NCBI GenBank assembly: GCA_019058245.1 | Contig: JAHPZJ010000026.1 | Span: 1,671-65,670 of the forward strand | From: Promethearchaeota archaeon | Lineage (GTDB): Archaea > Asgardarchaeota > Lokiarchaeia > Sigyniarchaeales > SOKP01 | DNA length: 64,000 nucleotides | Reading direction: 5' to 3' | Shown: positions 30,106-38,769 of the stretch, piece after piece | Layout of the letters: each line of letters begins with the position of its first letter | How positions within the stretch are numbered: position 1 is the stretch's first letter | Notes under the pieces: model-generated | Told to the model about the DNA's origin: nothing | Database searches by the model: none | The model's input: only the letters and a program-made list of their open reading frames with translations | Program-made: the position numbers and the translations under genes

Positions 30106-31398
30106 ATGAAAAATAGGTTTATTATTGATAACAAAATCACAAATGAATTTGTTGAGACTTATACAAAAACAACTTATAGAATTGTTGGAGAACATAAACA
30201 CTCTTCCATTAAACCATGTCATTGGCTTGAACAGAGATTGATGACTGGAAGGGATAATCGAAATTGCTATAAAGGAGTTTTTGGAATAAAAAGCCATAGA
30301 TGCCTGCAAAATACACCTTCATTGCCCTTTTGTAACCATCAATGTGTTTTTTGTTGGAGAGATCTAGAATCTGGATCTCTCGGAAGTGAATTCATTGGAG
30401 AACCAGATGATCCAAAATTACTTATTGATGAAATGCTACGACATCATAAAGATATAATTGAGAATCACTTACCTTTGAGACGTTATCTCGATAATTATGA
30501 AATAATGATTGATACCCTCTATTATATGCTTATGAATAATCAACAAGAGCATACCATAAATTCTCTTAGTAATAAGATTCATGTATCAAAAAGTAAAATT
30601 GAACGAGCAATTATACTTCTAAAAAACCAAAAATATGTTAAAAGTATCGATGAAACCTTCAACAGTTTTAGATTAGAAGATGATATTAATTGTTGTATCC
30701 AATCTAGAGATGAACTCGAAGTATTAATTAATAGAACATTAACAACACCTGATGAGATAATACAAGCACATAGTGAAGCAATAATGCCAAATCATGCTGC
30801 AATTTCGCTGGATGGAGAACCACTATTATATCCAAGATTATCTCAATTGGTCGAAGAATTTAAAAGAAGAAATATGACCACATTCATAGTTACCAATGGA
30901 ACATTACCAGAAAAAATTGAATTATTAGACCCTCTACCATCTCAATTATATATTACCTTACCAGCATCTAACGAAAATGTTTATAAAAAAGTTTGTAGAC
31001 CTATGATAAGAGATGGATGGAATAAAATAAGAAATAGTCTAGAATTAGTAGATTCTTTATCATCTAGAACATTGGTTAGGCTAACAGCAATAAAGGATTT
31101 AAATTTAAATGATGAATTTATACGTGAATACGCTAAGATTATAGAAAAGACAAACCCAAACTTTTTTGAAATCAAGGGGTTTACTTTACAAGCAAAAGCT
31201 TTATTAATTAGTGAAAGATTGAAATCATATAAAGAGGTTCAAGATTATTTTCCAGAATATGAATATTTAGAAAACTTTGCTGAAAAATTTGAAGAAATTA
31301 GTGGTTTTCCATTAATTTATCGAAATAAACCAAGCAGAGATTTCTTATTTGCAGTAAATTGGGATCCTAATAAAGATCCTAAAATAACCAATCCATAA
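30106..31398 (+). CDS. taw1: 4-demethylwyosine synthase Taw1/TYW1 (radical SAM) with internal insertion
   Basis: HSSIKPCHW, CYK...GIKSHRCLQNTP, CNHQCVFCWR, HAAISLDGEPLLYP, TFIVTNG. Confidence 0.93.
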   Translation: MKNRFIIDNKITNEFVETYTKTTYRIVGEHKHSSIKPCHWLEQRLMTGRDNRNCYKGVFGIKSHRCLQNTPSLPFCNHQCVFCWRDLESGSLGSEFIGEPDDPKLLIDEMLRHHKDIIENHLPLRRYLDNYEIMIDTLYYMLMNNQQEHTINSLSNKIHVSKSKIERAIILLKNQKYVKSIDETFNSFRLEDDINCCIQSRDELEVLINRTLTTPDEIIQAHSEAIMPNHAAISLDGEPLLYPRLSQLVEEFKRRNMTTFIVTNGTLPEKIELLDPLPSQLYITLPASNENVYKKVCRPMIRDGWNKIRNSLELVDSLSSRTLVRLTAIKDLNLNDEFIREYAKIIEKTNPNFFEIKGFTLQAKALLISERLKSYKEVQDYFPEYEYLENFAEKFEEISGFPLIYRNKPSRDFLFAVNWDPNKDPKITNP

Positions 31399-31434
31399 TA
31401 AGTGTAAGTTTACTAACAATGAGTTATTAATTTG

Positions 31435-32064
31435 TTAGCTTTTTTTGATGGCTTGTTCTACGATTTTATTATATTGTTCTTTAAAATCTTCAATGTTTTC
31501 TACCATCTCTTTAAAAAATTCTAACCATCTTATTTCCGCTTCATTATGAAATCTCCAGTGTTTTAAAGGAAGTAAATAGAAAGGACTTAATTCATATAGA
31601 TAATGAGATTGAACGAACTGTTCCCCTTCATCTGCCCTTTTGAACATTTTTTGTCTTTCTTCAATTTGATTCTCTATAGAATCCAATATGAATTTTTTTC
31701 CCTTAATCATACCAAATAGTATTATAAAAGGAGTTAAGGCATCTATATCAAAAAAAATATCTTGTGTATAATTAAGAAAATAAGAAATTTGCTCTTGGAA
31801 TTCTTTCTTACCCTTATTTAACAATTTATAGATTGTTTGTTCGGGTCTATTACCTTTTTGTTTAGATCCTACTTCTCTGATAAATCCATCATTTTCGAGT
31901 TTTTTTAAAGTATAATAGAATGATGCATTTGTGGCTTTAATATAGTGGTCATATCGCCATTCTTTTGCTTGGGAAATGAGCTCATAACCGCTCATAGGTT
32001 TAGGAATTGTATACATTACCCCTAATATGAACGTTTTAAGTGATGTAAACCTCTTTTTAGGCAT
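31435..32064 (-). CDS. PadR-family transcriptional regulator
   Basis: PMSGYEL, SFYYTLKKLENDGFI, RPEQTIYKL...GK; C-terminal AEIRWL helix. Confidence 0.88.
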   Translation of the reverse strand: MPKKRFTSLKTFILGVMYTIPKPMSGYELISQAKEWRYDHYIKATNASFYYTLKKLENDGFIREVGSKQKGNRPEQTIYKLLNKGKKEFQEQISYFLNYTQDIFFDIDALTPFIILFGMIKGKKFILDSIENQIEERQKMFKRADEGEQFVQSHYLYELSPFYLLPLKHWRFHNEAEIRWLEFFKEMVENIEDFKEQYNKIVEQAIKKS

Positions 32065-32236
32065 ATTTTTGAACCAATATCTTATTCGAATCTATTATAG
32101 TTGATATTAAAAGAATGATTAATTTTAAATAGTTAAATTTAAATATTTAACTTTAATTATATAATATGATTAAAAATATTTAAAATTTTAGGCGATAAAT
32201 TAGAAATGATAGAAAATGGTGGTGTTTTTTTAAAGT

Positions 32237-32773
32237 ATGGAAAAAAATCAAGATAGCACGAAAGAAAAGAATAAAAAATTCAGTATCAAAGATATAATAT
32301 TTACAACTGTATTTACGCTAAGTTTTATTATTCAAATTGTTTTAATGTTCCTATTTTTTAACGAATTACAATTGATTGCATTAGTATATATTGGTTACAT
32401 TATTTGGGGATTTAGTCTTTATTTTGCCCTTATATCTTTTTGGACGTTCAAGAAGAGAGGAGGTGTAGAAAAGGGAAAGAGTTATCTAAATACAACAAAA
32501 GTAGTTGATAAGGGTCCATATGCTATAATTCGCCATCCCCAATATTTAGGAGGAATACTCTTTAGCATTACTATTACCTTATGGACTCAGTTATTGATAA
32601 GTCTAATCCTTAGTATTATCATTATAATATTAACTTATCAATGGACTTATTCCGAGGATAAAAAACTTATCGAAAAATTCGGCGAAGAATATAGAATTTA
32701 TAGAGAAAAAGTACCTCGTCTTAATCCAATATTAGGTATAATTAAATATTTTTCTCAACAAAAGCTGAGCTAA
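32237..32773 (+). CDS. Isoprenylcysteine carboxyl methyltransferase/PEMT-family membrane protein
   Basis: GPYAIIRHPQYLG; EDKKLIEKFGEEYRIYREKVPR. Confidence 0.9.
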   Translation: MEKNQDSTKEKNKKFSIKDIIFTTVFTLSFIIQIVLMFLFFNELQLIALVYIGYIIWGFSLYFALISFWTFKKRGGVEKGKSYLNTTKVVDKGPYAIIRHPQYLGGILFSITITLWTQLLISLILSIIIIILTYQWTYSEDKKLIEKFGEEYRIYREKVPRLNPILGIIKYFSQQKLS

Positions 32774-32797
32774 TATAATATAATTGACTTTATAATT

Positions 32798-33304
32798 TTG
32801 ATTATTTGGATCGTTTTGATGATATATTTTATGCGTTGGCTTATTTGGGCGATTAAGGCGAAAAGCAAATATGAAGTTGCTATGTGTTTAGCAATGACAC
32901 TATATTTTACTAGTTTCCTATTAAGTTTCTATTTTAAACAGTTTTATGATAACATATTATTATTTGTTTCCGGAATGATTTTGTGTGGCTTCGGAATATT
33001 CATTTTCATGAGTCAACTTATAATTATGAAAAAGTTAGGTCAAGGTGAGCACTGGGAGGATACAAAAGTCCTTATTATAAAGGGATGGTTTAAATATATG
33101 CGTCATCCTATGTATTTTGGTTTAGCTATAGCAAATATTGGAATTATATTGGGAATGCCTACGCTTCTAACTTTAATTCTTACACCAATATCAATATTAT
33201 TTTGTTTATTAAGTTCAATTTGGGAAGATTAGGCGAATTTGGAAAAATTTGGTAATGACTATGAAGAATATAAGAAAAACGTTAAATTATGGGGAATTAT
33301 ATAA
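32798..33304 (+). pseudogene. Second ICMT/PEMT-family gene interrupted by an in-frame TAG at 33230-33232
   Basis: GWFKYMRHPMYFG; after TAG the frame continues ANLEKFGNDYEEYKKNVKLWGII* (TAA 33302-33304), the conserved family C-terminus. Confidence 0.82.
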
Positions 33305-33318
33305 CCTCTAAATTTCCT

Positions 33319-33948
33319 TTATTTTATTAAATGTTTCTGTATTATCTGATTTAATTTTCCCAGATTTGTTTTCTTTAAAGCTGAAAATTCTAAATATGGG
33401 TTGTTTATTTTATCTCCAAATTTATGATTCTCAAGAGAAACAAGATTCAACCCAGATTGCTTAGCTGAATCGGCAAAGAGAGTAATAATTTTATTTTTAT
33501 CAGAATTAGATAATTTATCAATCTTGTTTATGATTATTAAGAGAGGAATCTTAAACTCTCTAAGAAAGCTAATTAATTCAAAGCTTAACGGAATAGTTTT
33601 CTTATTCTCAATAAGATATTTATTCATCTCATCTTCTATTCTGAGAATATTAATTACAACTAACCCAAAAAAGTAATCTGCATGGTTTTTCTCAATATGT
33701 AGTACAATCTGTTTTTTTACATGCTCTTCTCTCCGACGACTTGAGTGTGTCATGTATCCGAATCCTGGAAGGTCGACAATCTGATATGGAAGATTTCTAT
33801 GTATAACTGGTTTAATTAATAAAGTGCTACCGGGAGTTTTGCCAATTTTACCTTTAAATTTTCTAGGATTTGGCACCAGCAATCTTGTTATTGAGCTCTT
33901 TCCTACATTAGAATTTCCGATCACTAAAAGTGTAGGTTTTGGGTTCAT
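33319..33948 (-). CDS. engB: GTP-binding protein EngB/YihA family
   Basis: GNSNVGKSS, GKTPGST, DLPGFGY, NKIDK, FSALK. Confidence 0.9.
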   Translation of the reverse strand: MNPKPTLLVIGNSNVGKSSITRLLVPNPRKFKGKIGKTPGSTLLIKPVIHRNLPYQIVDLPGFGYMTHSSRRREEHVKKQIVLHIEKNHADYFFGLVVINILRIEDEMNKYLIENKKTIPLSFELISFLREFKIPLLIIINKIDKLSNSDKNKIITLFADSAKQSGLNLVSLENHKFGDKINNPYLEFSALKKTNLGKLNQIIQKHLIK

Positions 33949-33972
33949 TTTTTCTGTTATTAAAAATCAAAA

Positions 33973-34863
33973 TTAAATATCAAGAAAATCCTCATCAAGA
34001 AAATCCTTAAACATTTTTTTTTTCTCTTTTTCTTTTATAACTGGTCTTGTGCTAATAGGTTCCCCTGCTTCTTCTAATATGTTCTTTAATGATTCAACAT
34101 TAATATTAACTTTAAATTTTCCGTCTTTTAAAAATCGTACGATTTGCTTATTGTTTAAGTTCAATCTTAAAATATAACCTAAACCGAAGTAAAATTGATG
34201 TTCTGGAATTGGATCAATAGGTGATTTGCTTGTAACTTCTTTTAATACATCAAATAATAGCTGTTTTGAAGCAATATGGTCTTCAATATTGAATACTAAA
34301 TAATAGAGGGCATGATACCAAATCTTATCACGTTTATTTTTGATATAATCTAAAAACTTCTCTGGTGTAATAACTTCTTCTGCTTCAAGCTCTTTTCTTT
34401 TTAATAGCTCCTGTTTTATTCTTTCTTCTAATTCCTTAGGAATACTCTGAGACGTTTCAATTTTTCCTTCTTGTTCAAATTCCGCTTCAACATCCTCATG
34501 TTTGACTGTTTCAATAGCTTCTTGCATTTCTCTCAATTCATCAAAATCAATCTCATCCATATCGGAAAAATCTGATATCATAGCTTCTTTAAATTCCTGT
34601 TCTTCTTTAAGTTCATCAATAATTTCTGCTTCTTCAGATATATCTTCACTAATTATATTAACTTCAGATAATTCTTCACCTACTTTTACTTTCTCAATCG
34701 CTTCTTGTATTTCTTGAAGTTCTTCCATATCTAAATCCTCTAAATCAGAAAAGTCAGTTTCAAGTGCTTTCATATCTTTAATGTAAGTTTCTAAATCATC
34801 ATTTTGGTCTTCACTTTCTTCACTTTCTTGTTTTTCACTTTCTTTTTCTTGATTTTCGTTCAT
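33973..34863 (-). CDS. Hypothetical protein with acidic repeated N-terminus and globular C-terminus
   Basis: Long ORF co-oriented with engB; internal repeat DFSDxxxxDxxELxExQEAIExVK. Confidence 0.75.
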   Translation of the reverse strand: MNENQEKESEKQESEESEDQNDDLETYIKDMKALETDFSDLEDLDMEELQEIQEAIEKVKVGEELSEVNIISEDISEEAEIIDELKEEQEFKEAMISDFSDMDEIDFDELREMQEAIETVKHEDVEAEFEQEGKIETSQSIPKELEERIKQELLKRKELEAEEVITPEKFLDYIKNKRDKIWYHALYYLVFNIEDHIASKQLLFDVLKEVTSKSPIDPIPEHQFYFGLGYILRLNLNNKQIVRFLKDGKFKVNINVESLKNILEEAGEPISTRPVIKEKEKKKMFKDFLDEDFLDI

Positions 34864-34965
34864 ATTAATTTATTTAAGGTTTTTGATTACAATTTGTAAT
34901 AACTATATAATTAAAGTATTAAATTCGTATAATTAAAATTGTTCTAAATATTAATAGACTTTAGT

Positions 34966-35676
34966 ATGGATAAAATTAACCTAGATAATTATAAAGGAAT
35001 TATCTTTGATATGGATGGAGTTATATTTAATATTTCTGATGCAATTAGGAAAGCAGTCGATGATTCAGTGAATAAGTATCAACTCAATGTTAAACAAAAT
35101 GAAGTAATGGAAGAGATAGCCCTCCTAATCGAAGAACTTCAAAATTATCCTGTACCAAAAATAATTCTTAATTCCTATAACCTATTAAAGGTACAATTCT
35201 TAGAAGGACTGAATTATTTTAAGAAATTGCGAATTGCAATTTTTATGTTTAATCAATTTAATAAGTATAAAGATGCAGAATCCTCAATATATGATGGAAT
35301 AGATAAATTAGTATCAACATTATCGAAACATAGGAAATTAGCTATATTAACAAACAATAAGAGTCAATATGCAGAAGAAATTCTAGATAAATTTGATTTA
35401 TCAGATTTTTTCGGTACAATAATAGGTTTTAATGATGTCTCAGAAGTAAAACCTAATCCTGAAGGAATTCTTAAAATTCTTGACAAATGGAATATAAAAC
35501 CTGAAGAGGCAATTTTCATTGGCGATATGACAACTGATATCGATGCAGGTAAGGCAGCAAATGTCACAATGATTTGTGTTGCCAGCGGACTTGCTCAAAA
35601 ACAAACTTTAAAGCAGCATAAACCCGATATTTTAGTAGATAATACAAAAGAATTGATTAAGCTTTTTTCTCTTTAA
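34966..35676 (+). CDS. HAD-family hydrolase (phosphoglycolate phosphatase-like)
   Basis: IIFDMDGV, LTNN, KPNPEG, IGDMTTDIDAG. Confidence 0.92.
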   Translation: MDKINLDNYKGIIFDMDGVIFNISDAIRKAVDDSVNKYQLNVKQNEVMEEIALLIEELQNYPVPKIILNSYNLLKVQFLEGLNYFKKLRIAIFMFNQFNKYKDAESSIYDGIDKLVSTLSKHRKLAILTNNKSQYAEEILDKFDLSDFFGTIIGFNDVSEVKPNPEGILKILDKWNIKPEEAIFIGDMTTDIDAGKAANVTMICVASGLAQKQTLKQHKPDILVDNTKELIKLFSL

Positions 35677-35931
35677 TTAAAAACTTTAATATAGTTTTCA
35701 AAAAGAATTATTTTAATAAATCTATTGTAGATATATCCAATGAAAAATTGAGTTAGTTTTTGAAGTAAAACGATTAATAATATTTATTAGGAATGTCAAC
35801 AGAATATATTAAATAAAGAAAATCAGAGTATACAAAGATTTTTAAGACGTTTAAAAAGTATCATAAAAGTTTCATAAATAATAATAAAAACTATCTCCCT
35901 ATATTAGTATTAAAGAATAATCGATGATTCT

Positions 35932-37170
35932 ATGTCTTCAGACATTTCTAGTTTTATAAAAGTTATTTCAAAATTTTTAGATTTAAAATCTACAAAAATT
36001 GATAAATTACAAAAGATTGACGATGTCCTAAAATTACATATCAACTCCTATAAATTTATTGATAAAGAAGAGGCAACTATAATTAAACAATTATTAGAAG
36101 TTACTACGATTTTAGATGCTTCTAAATTAAATAAAGAAAATCCATTTGAAGTCTTAACTGAAATTGAGGAAACTGATGATTCTATCGAGTTAACAGCTAA
36201 CTTGGAGCAAAAAATTGAGGAACTTAAAGTAAAATATCCAAAACTTGAGGAGAAATTAAAAAAAACAGCGACAATTAGCTCACTTATCGCAAGTGTAAAA
36301 GAAGATAAAGAAGGAATTGATATAGAAGCTCAAAAAGTACTTGTGGCAGGGCTCGATAATGCAGGTAAAACCGCTACCTTGTCGAAATTTGGAGGGCGTT
36401 TAGGAATAAGTGATATGATTACTACTCACCCTACTAAAGGGGTTGTTCGAATGAAGTTTGGTACTTCTAATCTCTCACTCTATATATGGGATCTTGGGGG
36501 TCAACAAGAATACAGAGAAAGATACTTAGAAAATCCAGAGCAATATTTTCTACAACTTGATTTGTTAATTTATGTAATTGATGTTCAAGATCCAGAAAGA
36601 TTTGAAGAATCTCTTGAATATTTTGAAAAAATTATTGATGAAATTATTTTATTAGAGGAGAATCCATATATTATAATTTTTATTCATAAGTATGACCCTG
36701 ACATAAAAAATGACCCAAAAATACTCTTGAATATTGAACTGTTAAAAGATAATTTAAATGAATTATTCAAAAACAAAAAAAATGATTTTAATAATGAAAC
36801 ATATTTAACTTCTATATACTCATTAATTTCTCGAGAGCCTCAGTTCGCTAAGTATATTAAAAATCTTATGAGTGCTAATCATTCACTTTCAGATCCTACT
36901 GTACGAAAAGTTGAGGGTTTAGGAAAAACACTTGAAGAGACCTTAAATGCGGTCATTAGATTATCTGAAAGTATTTCATCACAACTCAATGATCTTGATA
37001 GTCGTCTTAGAGCGATAGAATCGGGAGCATTTCAAGTCGCGCAAAGTGGAATTCCCATTGAAATCGCAAATCCAAATCAAACTGGAATTAGACCCCAAGA
37101 AAATACTCGATTAAGAGTCCTAAATGAATTGAAAGATTTATTTAGTAAGAGAAAAAGCTTAGATTTTTAA
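35932..37170 (+). CDS. Arf-like GTPase with N-terminal extension and C-terminal coiled coil
   Basis: GLDNAGKT, PTKG, WDLGGQ, HKYD, TSIY. Confidence 0.88.
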   Translation: MSSDISSFIKVISKFLDLKSTKIDKLQKIDDVLKLHINSYKFIDKEEATIIKQLLEVTTILDASKLNKENPFEVLTEIEETDDSIELTANLEQKIEELKVKYPKLEEKLKKTATISSLIASVKEDKEGIDIEAQKVLVAGLDNAGKTATLSKFGGRLGISDMITTHPTKGVVRMKFGTSNLSLYIWDLGGQQEYRERYLENPEQYFLQLDLLIYVIDVQDPERFEESLEYFEKIIDEIILLEENPYIIIFIHKYDPDIKNDPKILLNIELLKDNLNELFKNKKNDFNNETYLTSIYSLISREPQFAKYIKNLMSANHSLSDPTVRKVEGLGKTLEETLNAVIRLSESISSQLNDLDSRLRAIESGAFQVAQSGIPIEIANPNQTGIRPQENTRLRVLNELKDLFSKRKSLDF

Positions 37171-37174
37171 TTTT

Positions 37175-37900
37175 TTACTTTTTGTTCTCTCTTAAAATAC
37201 TCCTTAATTGTTTTTCAATTGCAAGCAAAAAAATTAAAACAAAAATAATTAATGAGAGTAAAAAATATCCTAAATTACTAATTAATAAAGGATTTATTTG
37301 TTGATAATGAATTTCATACGTTGAAAATTGTTCTAAGTAAGAAAGAAATAGAACTAGTAGTGGTCCCATCAGATAAATAGCAATTAAAAATCCTATTATC
37401 CCAAATATACTACCAAAAATAACATCCGAAGGATAATGAACACCAAGCTGAATTCTTGAAAAACATACGATACATGCAAATCCTAAAAAAAGAATTGTAA
37501 TGAATAGTGAATTTAGAAAAAAGAATCCAATCAAAAGTCCATTTGCTACAATATTATAAGCATGCCAAGATGGAAAGCTTCTTGAAATTGGCCTTCGTTC
37601 AAAAACTATAATTTTATCTTCTTTAAAACTTTCAAATGGTCTTTTTCTTTTTACAGCTTGTTTGATCACTAATATTAAGACTAAACCAATAAGAAATGTG
37701 GTAGAGATATAAGATAGCAAAAATGGATCATACCAGATTAACAAATAAAAGGCAATTAAATATAGCCAAATAGTTTCTCTTCCGAAAAAAGAAAAAAATT
37801 TTAAAATATAGGTAATTGGTTTGCCTCCCATTCCGTTGTATTTTAAAATAATTTTCTGATCCCATTGGTCAATTTTCTTTAAAATATTTGATATTTTCAT
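37175..37900 (-). CDS. PAP2-family membrane phosphatase
   Basis: KxxxxxxRP, SFPSWH, SRIQLGVHYPSDV. Confidence 0.92.
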   Translation of the reverse strand: MKISNILKKIDQWDQKIILKYNGMGGKPITYILKFFSFFGRETIWLYLIAFYLLIWYDPFLLSYISTTFLIGLVLILVIKQAVKRKRPFESFKEDKIIVFERRPISRSFPSWHAYNIVANGLLIGFFFLNSLFITILFLGFACIVCFSRIQLGVHYPSDVIFGSIFGIIGFLIAIYLMGPLLVLFLSYLEQFSTYEIHYQQINPLLISNLGYFLLSLIIFVLIFLLAIEKQLRSILRENKK

Positions 37901-37925
37901 TACAATCTAAAAAAAAGCTTCTATT

Positions 37926-38720
37926 TTAAATACTATCTAAATATGAATACATCTCTAACAGTTTTGGGATCTTATTTTCAAAATATTGTAAAGAATGCGA
38001 ATCGGATCCTACAAAAAAACTTGCACCCTCATTCTTTAACTTTTTTACAACATTCAGAGAAGGAAAAGTTCTCTTTATAGGAAATTTTAATCCTGATATA
38101 TTTACCTCTATTTTGATATTATTTTTTATACATAACCGCCCTAAATCTATTACACGATTATCAGAGACATCGCAATCATCTTCTGGTTTAAATTCATTAT
38201 TATTTATATATCGGAAAATTGTATCTATATGACATATGTTCTTAAAAATTTTAGAATTAATCATCTTTCTACTAACTTCAAAATAGTCGTCAATAATTTT
38301 TTTCATTGGCACTTTATCTAATAAGCTTGATAACCGTTCTTTACTTGTAATCGGATATCCTTTAATCCACTCATGAATGGTTCCTCCAATAAAATCCAAT
38401 TCTTTTTCATAATCATCCATAAATTCCATTAATAGAATTTCTCTATCCTCATAATAATCCACTTCTAATCCACTTAAAATAAAATCGTATGTCTCTTTTA
38501 ACTTATCAATTTCTTCAAGATAATCATTAACTCTCCCATTGTGAAATGGATTATTCTTATTAATTTCTATGTAATAAAGCTCATAATGATTAAGAAAACA
38601 GACATTAATTTGATGCTCTTCAGCGACTAGAATGTAATCTTCAAAAGTAGGACCATCATCGGCAACATCCTCACTCCAACCCTTCGAGTGAACATGATAA
38701 TCAGTATATTTATACTTCAT
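37926..38720 (-). CDS. PHP-domain phosphatase (HisJ/HisK-like)
   Basis: DYHVHS, GLEVDY, CHID, EVN, GSDSH; start reset to the ATG at 38720 to avoid overlap with the upstream gene. Confidence 0.88.
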   Translation of the reverse strand: MKYKYTDYHVHSKGWSEDVADDGPTFEDYILVAEEHQINVCFLNHYELYYIEINKNNPFHNGRVNDYLEEIDKLKETYDFILSGLEVDYYEDREILLMEFMDDYEKELDFIGGTIHEWIKGYPITSKERLSSLLDKVPMKKIIDDYFEVSRKMINSKIFKNICHIDTIFRYINNNEFKPEDDCDVSDNRVIDLGRLCIKNNIKIEVNISGLKFPIKRTFPSLNVVKKLKNEGASFFVGSDSHSLQYFENKIPKLLEMYSYLDSI

Positions 38721-38769
38721 AAATAAACAAGATGAATAATTTAGGAAAAGAAATAAAAATTTAGATATG

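Noticed and set aside
30450-30770. Intein in Taw1
   Set aside because: No C/S start with HN-C/S/T end and no LAGLIDADG motif
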